Origin: an uncultured Clostridia bacterium
Lineage (GTDB): Bacteria; Bacillota; Clostridia; Oscillospirales; Acutalibacteraceae
Assembly (NCBI GenBank): GCA_946493765.1
Contig: CAMMAZ010000004.1
Location: 403 to 64,402, forward strand
Reading direction: 5' to 3'
Length of the DNA stretch: 64,000 nt
Within the stretch, counting starts at the first letter, position 1, and each line of letters begins with the position of its first letter. Under the pieces are notes generated by a model that did no database searches, was not told the DNA's origin, and saw only the letters and a list, made by a program, of their open reading frames with translations. The position numbers and the translations under genes are program-made. Shown piece after piece: positions 16,182 to 25,185 of this stretch.

Positions 16182-18298
16182 GCTGGCTGAAATTCAATCG
16201 GCGCGTGCTGGAGGAAGCGGCGGACACTTCGGTGCCGCTGCTGGAACGCTTGAAATTCATTTCGATCTTTTCCAGCAATCTCGATGAGTTTTTCATGGTG
16301 CGTGTTGGCAGCCTGTTTGATATTTCGCTGATCTCGCCGGATGAGATCGACAAAAAAAGCGGCATGACCCCGGCAGAGCAGTTAAAAGAGATTTATAACG
16401 TGATCCCCGGTTTGATCGAAATGAAAAAGGAAATTTATGCGGCGGTGCGCGCCGATTTAGAGCAGACGGGTATTATCGATCTTGATTATGCCGCATTAAA
16501 AGAGGAAGAACAAAAATTTATCGGGGCTTATTTCCATTCTAAAATCCTGCCGATGTTATCGCCGCAGATCGTCGGCAGCCATCATCCCGCGCCGCATCTG
16601 GTCAACAAAGCGCTTTACATCGCGGCACTGCTCAAACATAAAAAAGGCAAGCAGTCGTTAGGGTTCATACCGGTTCCCACGGCGCTGCCTTCCTTTATCG
16701 GCCTGCCGTCGTCCGACGGCCGGTTTATCCGACTGGAAAATATCATTCTGCACTGGGCGCCTTTGCTGTTTAGCGGCTATAAGGTAGAAAGTCTTTGCGT
16801 GTTAAGCGTGACCCGCAACGCCGACATCAGCTTTGATAACGATAAATTTGAAGATATTGAAGGGGATTTTCGCACGCGTGTGAGCAAGCTTTTGAAAAAG
16901 CGGGCAAGTTTATCGATCGTGCGGCTGGAAATCAATCATGCCGTTTCCGATGCATTTATGTCGCTTTTAAACACGGTGATCGATGTCAAAGACCATCAGA
17001 TTTATTTCGACGCGTCGCCGCTGAACATGAAATATGTTTTTGAGCTCAAGGATGCGTTTTCCAAAAAATTAACCGCGCCGCTGCTGTTTTCACCTTATCA
17101 TCCCCGCTGGCCGGAGGATTTAAAACAAAATACCAGCATGATCGAACAGATCCGCAAAAAAGACCGGTTGCTGTTTTTCCCTTATGACACGGTGGATCCC
17201 TTTTTGCAGCTGTTGGAAGAGGCGGCGAACCGGCCGGACGTTGTTTCCATTAAAATCACCATCTACCGACTGGCATCCTCCTCTAAAATTGCGCACACAT
17301 TGTGCCGCGCGGCTGAAAACGGCAAAGAAGTCATTGTGCTCATGGAGCTTTTGGCGCGTTTTGATGAACAAAACAACATCACATGGTCGAAATTGCTGGA
17401 AGATGCGGGCTGCCAGGTGATCTATGGGATCGAGGATTTTAAGTGCCACAGCAAGATCTGCCTGATCACCATGCGCGGCAAAGGCGGCCTGCAGTATATC
17501 ACCCAGATCGGCACCGGAAACTACAATGAAAAAACCAACGAAATGTATACCGATTTAAGCCTGATGACCGCATCCGAGACGATCGGCACGGACGGCGCAG
17601 CGTTCTTCCGGAACATGCTGATCGGCAGCTTGGAGGGAGATTACCGGCAGCTGCTGGTCGCGCCGCACGGGATCAAGTCTAAACTGTGCGAGATGATCGA
17701 CCGGCAGATCGAAAAGGGAACACAGGGGTATATCTGCATCAAAGCCAACTCTGTGACCGAACGGGAAGTGATCGATAAATTAAAGGACGCGTCGGTTGCC
17801 GGCGTTGAAATTCAGCTGATTATCCGCGGTATCTGCTGCCTGCGTCCGGGAATCCCGTCCCGAACAGAAAACATACATGTCACCAGCATCGTCGGCCGTT
17901 TTTTGGAGCATGCGCGTATTTATTGCTTTGGGAAAAACGGGGAGGACGGGTTATACATTGCCTCGGCGGATTTAATGACCCGCAATTTGAACCGGCGGGT
18001 CGAGATTGCCTGCCCGGTGTATGATCCGGAAATCAAAGAACAGCTGTTATGGATTTTGTCCACGCAGCTAAAAGATAACGTCAAAGCAAGCTTTCTGCTG
18101 CCCGACGGTTCCTACAGCCGGAAAAGCAATATTCATCCCACGCGTGTCAACAGCCAGGAGGTTTTTATGGAACAGTCGATTCATAAGGAAGAATCGATAG
18201 AAGAGGAATCGCATGAGACTTTGAAAGCACGGCTTGTTCGTGTACGGCAGTGGGTTTCAGCGCTTCCATTTTTGAAAGGACGCAACGGGGAAAAATAG
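16121..18298 (+). CDS. ppk1: Polyphosphate kinase 1
   Basis: N-terminal NRELSWLKFNRRVLEEA, two PLD-like HKD-type regions, 725 aa. Start follows GGGAGGG and overlaps ppx by 61 nt. Confidence 0.95.
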   Translation: MSKDLKQKVNDYSYTQNRELSWLKFNRRVLEEAADTSVPLLERLKFISIFSSNLDEFFMVRVGSLFDISLISPDEIDKKSGMTPAEQLKEIYNVIPGLIEMKKEIYAAVRADLEQTGIIDLDYAALKEEEQKFIGAYFHSKILPMLSPQIVGSHHPAPHLVNKALYIAALLKHKKGKQSLGFIPVPTALPSFIGLPSSDGRFIRLENIILHWAPLLFSGYKVESLCVLSVTRNADISFDNDKFEDIEGDFRTRVSKLLKKRASLSIVRLEINHAVSDAFMSLLNTVIDVKDHQIYFDASPLNMKYVFELKDAFSKKLTAPLLFSPYHPRWPEDLKQNTSMIEQIRKKDRLLFFPYDTVDPFLQLLEEAANRPDVVSIKITIYRLASSSKIAHTLCRAAENGKEVIVLMELLARFDEQNNITWSKLLEDAGCQVIYGIEDFKCHSKICLITMRGKGGLQYITQIGTGNYNEKTNEMYTDLSLMTASETIGTDGAAFFRNMLIGSLEGDYRQLLVAPHGIKSKLCEMIDRQIEKGTQGYICIKANSVTEREVIDKLKDASVAGVEIQLIIRGICCLRPGIPSRTENIHVTSIVGRFLEHARIYCFGKNGEDGLYIASADLMTRNLNRRVEIACPVYDPEIKEQLLWILSTQLKDNVKASFLLPDGSYSRKSNIHPTRVNSQEVFMEQSIHKEESIEEESHETLKARLVRVRQWVSALPFLKGRNGEK

Positions 18299-18333
18299 AT
18301 CCCGTTTTCATATCCACCAACATCCTCAAATGC

Positions 18334-18370
18334 AAAATCTCCGCTGATTCTTAAAATCAGCGGAGATTTT
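18334..18370 (+). terminator. Rho-independent terminator of ppk1
   Basis: aaaatctccgctgatt / aatcagcggagatttt. Confidence 0.8.
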
Positions 18371-18385
18371 GGCGTCTAAAAATGA

Positions 18386-18434
18386 TTTTCACCAAAGCCC
18401 CATCACATGCTGCATGAGCAGGCTCACACCGGTG
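18386..18434. repeat. 49-bp direct repeat, orphan copy of the yeiH-like gene 3' end
   Basis: ttttcaccaaagccccatcacatgctgcatgagcaggctcacaccGgtg matches 20727-20775 with one mismatch. No ORF continues upstream of it. Confidence 0.9.
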
Positions 18435-18730
18435 TGGTTCTAGGTTGCCATCAAGCTTTTTCACAGATATTGACCCTTTCGGAAAGGTTGGCATTGCGAA
18501 GAGGATCGATTTGGCTGTAGGGGAACAGACCGGACAAAAATAAATCTGCCCCTGTGAATGTGAAATACTTTAATGTTTTTCCCGTGCGACGAACCCGGCG
18601 ATTTGATGCGAGAACCGCTAAAAAAACGGGACGCCTGCAACGATGATCAGCAAAATAGCACGATCGGCTATCGTTTTTAATGTGAGATCGGGTCTGCTGT
18701 TTTCTTCGCTTTCATGTTTTCTCTCCTTTA

Positions 18731-20161
18731 TCAATAAGCATACTGCAAGGCATAAGTGCGCAGATTCGGATGTTCTTGCAGAATCTGGTACCCAATAAAT
18801 TGATCACTTTCATCAAAAACCATCAGCATGGTGAGAATGTCTGCATCTTCATCAACAGTAAATCGTGAATCAGGGCTTTGCGAAATGTCGCCTTTGATTT
18901 TTATAATATAGGAGGTCGACAGATAATCCCCGTATTCGCTGTTTTCCAGTTCATCCTGTTTCTTCACATTCAAAACAGACAAATCGAAATAATCGCGATA
19001 AGCCTCATATTCGCCTTCGTATCCCGGCGCGCAGAGGGTCAATAACAGCCCCAGGTCGATGGAATTTGCTGAACCGTTGAAGTGATAGCGAATGCCATCA
19101 AACGCATCGTTGATAACGGATTTTGGCACTTCATGGAAGTAAGGGGAAAATGCTTTGGAGTTAATGGTAATACTAATAAATTTACCGTCACCCATTGGCA
19201 TGACCGTAAGATCTACTTCTAAGGTTTGATTTTCAAGAACAAAGTATTCGTGTCCTTCATATAGACTGACGCTATCTGTTTTTTCCGGTGTTTTTACATC
19301 AAGGGCAGTTGCATAATAATCCAGCAGGTATTCATAACAAGCTTCGTCTGAGGTAATCGTAATATCCATCTCAAATAATTGATCGGTTTGATTAAAATAG
19401 TAGGAGACAGGGTTAGAGCCTTCGATGGCGAGCTGGTCATTTTGATAGAAGGCTTTAACGTCTTCCGCGGACCAGAAGGCGGAATTGGAATAGCGTTTGT
19501 TTGCTTTGTCCTCTTGCTTTGTTCCGACCAGATCGACGCTTTTTTGAACGGTTTCGTAAGTGTCGCCCATTTGCAGGTCATAAGGCAGCACCGGGTGATT
19601 GAGCCTCACAATTTCCTTGTAGAGAAAGAACCCACCGGTGACCGCTGCGCCAAGAAGCACAACAACTGCACAAACAAGCAACAGCCGCTTGACAGGAAAT
19701 TTTTTTCGAGCGCGTTTCACAACAGTCTCGAAAAATGTTTTTGTTTGTTCGCTTAATAAATCGTCCGCACGGGAAATGGTTGAACGGGAAATCAGCGATT
19801 CCCGCGCAATTTCTTCCGGCAGACTTTCAGCCGCGCCGACCCGAAAAAATTCGCAGGCGCAGTATTGACCAATATCCTGCCGGTTCCATTCCTCGTCTTG
19901 TGTGGAAACGGCAGAGGCTGTGATCCGGCAAAGGTAATATTCTTGGGTGTTTGGATCCCGCACCCACACAAGATCCCCCGCTTCAAATTCGGAAAGCGCG
20001 TTTTGGGCGCGGGCGAAAGCGGCATTATCCGGTTCCTGATCCACCCAGCCGATTCCCACGATTTTGTGTTCCAGACAAAACTGAAATTTGGATTTTGTGA
20101 GATCCGACGGTTTGTTCGCTTCGTCTCGATTGTCCTTCAAGTTCATAAGCCACACATTCAT
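18731..20161 (-). CDS. Single-pass membrane protein of unknown function
   Basis: 476 aa with a strong RBS (AGAGGAGAA-7-ATG). One TM helix (LLLVCAVVVLLGAAVTGGFFLY). A cytosolic N-terminal domain of about 150 aa begins NVWLMNLKDN and contains GDLVWVRD...YYLCRI. The outside domain of about 290 aa is rich in Tyr, Asp and Glu. I recognise no catalytic motif. Confidence 0.75.
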   Translation of the reverse strand: MNVWLMNLKDNRDEANKPSDLTKSKFQFCLEHKIVGIGWVDQEPDNAAFARAQNALSEFEAGDLVWVRDPNTQEYYLCRITASAVSTQDEEWNRQDIGQYCACEFFRVGAAESLPEEIARESLISRSTISRADDLLSEQTKTFFETVVKRARKKFPVKRLLLVCAVVVLLGAAVTGGFFLYKEIVRLNHPVLPYDLQMGDTYETVQKSVDLVGTKQEDKANKRYSNSAFWSAEDVKAFYQNDQLAIEGSNPVSYYFNQTDQLFEMDITITSDEACYEYLLDYYATALDVKTPEKTDSVSLYEGHEYFVLENQTLEVDLTVMPMGDGKFISITINSKAFSPYFHEVPKSVINDAFDGIRYHFNGSANSIDLGLLLTLCAPGYEGEYEAYRDYFDLSVLNVKKQDELENSEYGDYLSTSYIIKIKGDISQSPDSRFTVDEDADILTMLMVFDESDQFIGYQILQEHPNLRTYALQYAY

Positions 20162-20222
20162 TTTTCAATTCTCCTCTTTTTTTCATTTTGCCGTGGGTGT
20201 GTTCATGGTTGATATATTGCTG

Positions 20223-20239
20223 CAATATACCAAAATGGG
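20223..20239. promoter_or_regulatory. Perfect 8-1-8 palindrome TATATTGC-T-GCAATATA in the divergent promoter region (operator candidate)
   Basis: Lies between the divergent 476-aa gene and the XRE gene, next to -10-like gataat/tataat motifs. Confidence 0.45.
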
Positions 20240-20287
20240 ATATTTTAATTATACCATTATGGGATAATATTGTCAAGAGGTGTGTGG

Positions 20288-20494
20288 ATGAGATTGAAAT
20301 TTTTAAGAAAACAAAAAGGCATTTCACAGCTAAAATTGGCAATGGATCTGGGTATGAATCAAAATAGTATCAGCCGGTACGAGAACGGCGAGCGAGAGGC
20401 GGATTATAAAACTTTGATCGCTTTTGCCGACTATTTTAACGTGTCGATCGATTATTTGCTGGAACGGACGGATAACCCCAGCGTCAATCGCTGA
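20288..20494 (+). CDS. Small XRE-family HTH regulator (68 aa)
   Basis: LRKQKGISQLKLAMDLGMNQNSISRYENGERE. ATG at 20288 follows GAGGTG. Confidence 0.85.
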   Translation: MRLKFLRKQKGISQLKLAMDLGMNQNSISRYENGEREADYKTLIAFADYFNVSIDYLLERTDNPSVNR

Positions 20495-20611
20495 GCTTTT
20501 TATGTTTTGTTTTGCATTTCCCGAATGAAAACCGGTGAAACGATTGTTTCGATGGAGAAAAAGCGGCCGTCAAACAGCAATGTTTCAATTGTTTTCAAAT
20601 GTTTAAATTAA

Positions 20612-20656
20612 AAAAATAACAAGGGCAGCCACATGGGTTGTCCCTGTTATTTTTTT
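20612..20656 (+). terminator. Rho-independent terminator after the XRE gene
   Basis: aataacaagggcagcc...ggttgtccctgttatt followed by T7. Confidence 0.65.
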
Positions 20657-20726
20657 GATGATCTGACCGATAATCCTTCTGCTAAGCATAAAACACTTTT
20701 AAAACAGCAAAAATTAAAAGGAAGCT

Positions 20727-20775
20727 GTTTTCACCAAAGCCCCATCACATGCTGCATGAGCAGGCTCACACCAGT
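20727..20775. repeat. 49-bp direct repeat, functional copy (last 15 codons plus stop of the yeiH-like gene)
   Basis: See 18386-18434. Confidence 0.9.
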
Positions 20776-21762
20776 GATGCCCGCCCAACAGCAGAGCCCC
20801 ATCAAAATCGGTTTGCCGCCGGTTTTGACCAGTTTGACGATGTTGGTGTTCAGTCCGATGGCAGCCATTGCAACCACAATGAAAAACTTGCTCAGTTCTT
20901 TGAGCGGCTCAAAAAAGCTTTCCGGTAAGCCAAACTGGACGGCAATTGTGGTAACGATCGACGCCGCGACAAACCAAAGGATAAAAAACGGAAATATCTT
21001 TCGCAGCTGCACCTTACCGCCGGCATTCTCTTTTTTACCGCGAAGCCGGAAAAACGCAAGCACGAGGGTAATGGGGATAATGGCAAGCGTTCTGGTGAGC
21101 TTGACCGTCACGGCTTTGTCGAGCGTTGCCGAACCGAGCTTCCACATGCTGTCCCAGGTCGACGCAGCGGCGGTCACGGAAGAGGTATCGTTGATAGCGG
21201 TCCCTGCAAAAATGCCGAATGCATCGCCGCTTGCGGTGTCAAATCCGATTGCGCTGCCAAGCAGCGGGAAAATAACTGCTGCGATGACATTGAAAAAGAA
21301 AATCACGCTGATCGCCTGTGCAATTTCATCGTCGTCCGCATCGATCACCGGTGCGGTCGCGGCAATCGCAGAACCACCGCAAATTGAGGAGCCAACGCCG
21401 ACCAAAACAGAAATTTTCCCAGGGATGTGCATCGCTTTGTGCAATAAAAAGGCGATCAGCAGCGAAATGGATATCGTGCAGAGGATAATCGGCAGCGATT
21501 GTTTTCCGGTCTGCAAAATCACATTCAGATTCATGCCGAATCCCAATAAAACGACCGCAGCCTGCAACACTTTTTTAGAGGAAAATTGGATGCCCGCTAC
21601 AAAGTCCGATTTGTCTTTGATAAACAGCGTGACAATCATCCCGGCGATAATGGCGATGACCGCGCCGCCGACAACTGGAACCGCTTTCCCGATCAGCCAG
21701 GCCGGAACGGCAATCAGCAGACATAACAGCAGCCCCTTCACATTTTTTTGAATCCACTTCAT
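20731..21762 (-). CDS. YeiH/UPF0324-family (putative sulfate exporter family) membrane protein
   Basis: 343 aa and polytopic. Family-typical FAGTAINDTSSV and GGKPILMG segments. Confidence 0.75.
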   Translation of the reverse strand: MKWIQKNVKGLLLCLLIAVPAWLIGKAVPVVGGAVIAIIAGMIVTLFIKDKSDFVAGIQFSSKKVLQAAVVLLGFGMNLNVILQTGKQSLPIILCTISISLLIAFLLHKAMHIPGKISVLVGVGSSICGGSAIAATAPVIDADDDEIAQAISVIFFFNVIAAVIFPLLGSAIGFDTASGDAFGIFAGTAINDTSSVTAAASTWDSMWKLGSATLDKAVTVKLTRTLAIIPITLVLAFFRLRGKKENAGGKVQLRKIFPFFILWFVAASIVTTIAVQFGLPESFFEPLKELSKFFIVVAMAAIGLNTNIVKLVKTGGKPILMGLCCWAGITGVSLLMQHVMGLW

Positions 21763-21945
21763 CTTTGTTCAATTCCTTTTCTTTCAAAATTACGTTTAAC
21801 AAATCAAAACAGCATTCAGTATACGATTAAAATTAAAAGAAGTCAACAGTTTATGACGTTATGGTTTGTGTTTCGTCCTTTTTCGCGCATTACTGTACCG
21901 CTTGACTTTTTTTAAAAAATCTGGTTTACTAAAGGAGAAAGGAAA

Positions 21946-22908
21946 GTGTTGAAAATGGTTTTCACAACAGAACAGCTTAAAGGTTTTGCGCACGGCTGCA
22001 TCGGTTTTGCAGAAAAGGACAGTGCGATTTCCTTTCTTCGGTTGACAAAAAAACAGATCGATGTCTTTCAAAGCGTCGGCGAAAGCCGGCTGGACCGGGC
22101 GTTGTGCAGCGCTGGGGTCAGCCTTGCGTTTGAAACCGACGCTGCCGCCATTCAATTTTTTTATACCCACCGGCATGCGATTGCCTGGGATCATTTTTCC
22201 TTTGATCTTTATGTAGACGGTGTGTTCGATCAGAGCAGGCGCGGCGCTTTTTCCAAACAGCCGGAAGGGGAAATTTCCTTTTCACTGGACGGAAAAACCC
22301 ACCGCATCGATCTTTATTTTCCGCAGTATGCGCAGATTTTTCTGCATGATTTTTCGGTTACCGACGGCGCGTTTGTCCGTCCGGCACAAAGTGCAAACAA
22401 AAAGATTTTATTTGTCGGGGATTCCATCACCCAGGGGTTTGATGTGGCGCATGCGTCCTTTGCGTTCCCGCATGTAGTCGCGCGCAGGCTCGGTGTGGAG
22501 ATTTTAAATCAGGGTGTTGGCGGGCATGTGCACGACAGCGGGGTTGTCGATCGAAGTGACGCATTTTCCCCGGATCTGATCGTTGTGGCGTTCGGTGCGA
22601 ACGATTATAAAAAAGAGCAGTTAGAGGAGAATATTGAAAAATTTTACCGGACGTTGTTTGCGGCTTACCCCAATATTCCGGTCGCCGCCGTCACCCCGAT
22701 CTGGTCCACTGCTAGGGAGGACATGGGAGAGGGGAGAAAACGCATTGCAAACGTGCTGTCCCGGTTTGAAACGCTCCATGTGATCGACGGCAGCCGCCTT
22801 GTAGCGCGGTTACCGGAGTTTTTCGCCGACGGGCTGCATCCCACCGAAATGAACATGCTGCTTTATGGCGTGCATCTTTCGGACGCGCTCGCTAAAATTT
22901 TAAAATAA
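21946..22908 (+). CDS. SGNH/GDSL-family hydrolase with N-terminal extra domain
   Basis: Block I FVGDSITQG, block III GANDY, block V DGLHP. Confidence 0.8.
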   Translation: MLKMVFTTEQLKGFAHGCIGFAEKDSAISFLRLTKKQIDVFQSVGESRLDRALCSAGVSLAFETDAAAIQFFYTHRHAIAWDHFSFDLYVDGVFDQSRRGAFSKQPEGEISFSLDGKTHRIDLYFPQYAQIFLHDFSVTDGAFVRPAQSANKKILFVGDSITQGFDVAHASFAFPHVVARRLGVEILNQGVGGHVHDSGVVDRSDAFSPDLIVVAFGANDYKKEQLEENIEKFYRTLFAAYPNIPVAAVTPIWSTAREDMGEGRKRIANVLSRFETLHVIDGSRLVARLPEFFADGLHPTEMNMLLYGVHLSDALAKILK

Positions 22909-23086
22909 AATTCAAAGCGACCGTTCGCTGATAGCGCAAGGAAGAAAATATAAAATAGGATTGATATGTGTATTTTGTTAATTTAAAGAAAAGCTTCCGT
23001 GTTGCCGTTGGTTTTGTAATTTGTTTAAAATCACTCTAAAAATGAAAAGATCGTCACTGAAACTTTTTCCCAGCGACGATCTTTTT

Positions 23087-25159
23087 TTATGAACGGATCT
23101 GTGCAATCAAACTACCGTCATCCCGGAACACATGCCGGTAATAATCCTGATCAAGGATCTGCGGTGAACTGTTTTGTTTGGCCGCAACAATGGTGTTAAT
23201 GGCATTGATATAATCGGGAATTTCTTCATCCGTTAGTGTGCAACTGCTGCTTTTTTCAAAGGTTTTGGTCGAGGTGTTATAGCGGCCTTGTGAAGTGTGC
23301 CAGTTCCAGGAACCGCCGGATCCCAGGCAGTTGATGATTGCCACCGGTTCGGTTCCGGATAAGATGTCGGTACCGGTCAAAAGTCTGGAATCATAGGACA
23401 GCCCAAATAGATTCAGCAGTGTTGGGAGAATATCGATTGCACTGCAGGGCGTTGAAACCCGCACCGGATTTTCCATGGAAGCGCTCCATATGATAAGACC
23501 GTTGCGGTATAAATCCAGATTGCCATACAATCCGTCTTCCGGCAGGTCGTATAATTCCGCCATCTCGTCATCTTTCAGAAAATATGGCAAATGATCAGCG
23601 CTCATAACAAACACAGTGTCTTCCAAAATGCCGGCTTCATCGAGCTTATCAACCAGTGTGGTGAGCATATCCTCAACTTCCAGCTGTGCGGCAATATAGG
23701 CTTTGACATCTTCACTGTAGTCAAGATGCTCCACACGGTCTCTGTTTTTTGCCGACATCTCACTGCTGTTCCAGGAATAATAGCCGTGACCGCTGATGCT
23801 CATAAAGTAGGCGAGAAACGGCGTGGTTTTGGTAAACGAATCAAAGGTAACCTTAGCCATTTCGTTATCGGAACGTGGCCAGCAGTCGGTCATGGATTCT
23901 TCCAATCCGTTTCCGATAGCCTCGTAGGAATCAAATCCCATGTTGGGATAGGCTTTATCCCGGTCATAATAGGTAGCGGTATGGTCATGATAAGCATAGG
24001 TCGCATAGCCTTCTTTTCCCAGCGCATTTGCAATGGTGAACGGCATCAGCGTTTCAGCGCTTTTGGAAATACAGTTGGCGGTCTGATAAAAATTACCGGT
24101 TGTCGCAGCATATTCACCGGTTGCTGTGCTGCCGCCCCACATCGAGGTATAGAAGTTTTCAAAAACAAACCCCTGTGTTGCCATTTTATAAAGCGTTGGG
24201 GTCAGCTCCTTGCTGATAATTTGATTGGAAAAACCCTCCAATGTCATAAAAATCAGATTTTTACCTTTGAACATGCCGGTATATTCATTTTTGGCGGTCG
24301 GTTCCTTTTGACTGAAATATTGGTGAAGCCGTTTAATTTGTGCATTCTCTTCCGTGTCGATCAGCGTTTGAAAATCAATGTCCAGCACATTATAATCTTC
24401 CTGCTGAAGATCGGCGCTTGCGGATTCAACCTTTAAATAGTCGGAATTGATATCGCTGATATCGACCCGCATGTCCGGTTTGCCAAATAACCATTCCTTG
24501 AAATCCAGCCGGGCAGCGGTGAGCAAACCAAAACGCTTGACCGATTCGGCAGGTGTTTGGACACCGTTGTAAAAATGCTTGTCGCTGTCAGGCCCCGACG
24601 TGTTTGCAATCAAAAGCAGCGGGGTACATTGGCACAAAATCAAAATGACAGCGAGAATACCGCGAAGCGACCAGGGTGCACGACGCACCGGAAGCCATCT
24701 TTTTCCGAAGAAAATGAGAAACAGCGTCGGCAGGAAAAACCAGATAACGGCATGAAAATTTTTAAAGGTATAAATGACTGCGTGATCCCAAAATTGCAAA
24801 ACATCACCGGCCATAGAGAAAGTGGAACAGGAAAAAAAGGTTTTAAAAATCGCAAAATAAACATACTCAAACGAGTAAAAGAAACTGATAAGTGCACTGA
24901 AAACGATGAGAATCCGTCGATTGACCTTTTCAGAAAACAGGGTGCAAAAGAATGTGCATAAAATGCCGGCAGCTAAGGAAAATAAAATCGTGTAATGAAG
25001 ATCTGTCAGACTGTGGTAGATCATCAGTTTGACGAATAACTCCATCCACAGGACAGACAACGGTAAAAACAGCCAGACCTTTATCACGTCAAAACGAATT
25101 TTTTTTAAATCCTTCAAATTAGACCCTTCCTTTAAAATAAAAAATCCTCCGGAAATCAC
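23087..25159 (-). CDS. LTA synthase (LtaS)-family sulfatase-fold membrane protein
   Basis: 690 aa. An N-terminal polytopic membrane region is followed by an extracellular alkaline-phosphatase/sulfatase-like domain (NLIFMTLEGF..., SADHLP). Confidence 0.75.
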   Translation of the reverse strand: MISGGFFILKEGSNLKDLKKIRFDVIKVWLFLPLSVLWMELFVKLMIYHSLTDLHYTILFSLAAGILCTFFCTLFSEKVNRRILIVFSALISFFYSFEYVYFAIFKTFFSCSTFSMAGDVLQFWDHAVIYTFKNFHAVIWFFLPTLFLIFFGKRWLPVRRAPWSLRGILAVILILCQCTPLLLIANTSGPDSDKHFYNGVQTPAESVKRFGLLTAARLDFKEWLFGKPDMRVDISDINSDYLKVESASADLQQEDYNVLDIDFQTLIDTEENAQIKRLHQYFSQKEPTAKNEYTGMFKGKNLIFMTLEGFSNQIISKELTPTLYKMATQGFVFENFYTSMWGGSTATGEYAATTGNFYQTANCISKSAETLMPFTIANALGKEGYATYAYHDHTATYYDRDKAYPNMGFDSYEAIGNGLEESMTDCWPRSDNEMAKVTFDSFTKTTPFLAYFMSISGHGYYSWNSSEMSAKNRDRVEHLDYSEDVKAYIAAQLEVEDMLTTLVDKLDEAGILEDTVFVMSADHLPYFLKDDEMAELYDLPEDGLYGNLDLYRNGLIIWSASMENPVRVSTPCSAIDILPTLLNLFGLSYDSRLLTGTDILSGTEPVAIINCLGSGGSWNWHTSQGRYNTSTKTFEKSSSCTLTDEEIPDYINAINTIVAAKQNSSPQILDQDYYRHVFRDDGSLIAQIRS

Positions 25160-25185
25160 AAAACCGGAGGAGAAAGCATACGGTT

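Noticed and set aside
18620-18716. A minus-strand mini-ORF right after the 476-aa gene (AAAGGAGAG-5-ATG, MKAKKTADPISH-stop). After a 1-nt shift in an A run it would continue as a hydrophobic KTIADRAILLIIVAGVPFF.
   Set aside because: It is only 12 codons as written, and the longer product needs an assumed frameshift. It may be a decayed small membrane-protein gene. I cannot support it without comparative data.
20633-21751. 372-aa plus-strand ORF.
   Set aside because: It is exactly antisense to the well-formed yeiH-like membrane protein gene. It has no RBS, and the translation is Ser/Ala/Thr/Pro-rich without structure.
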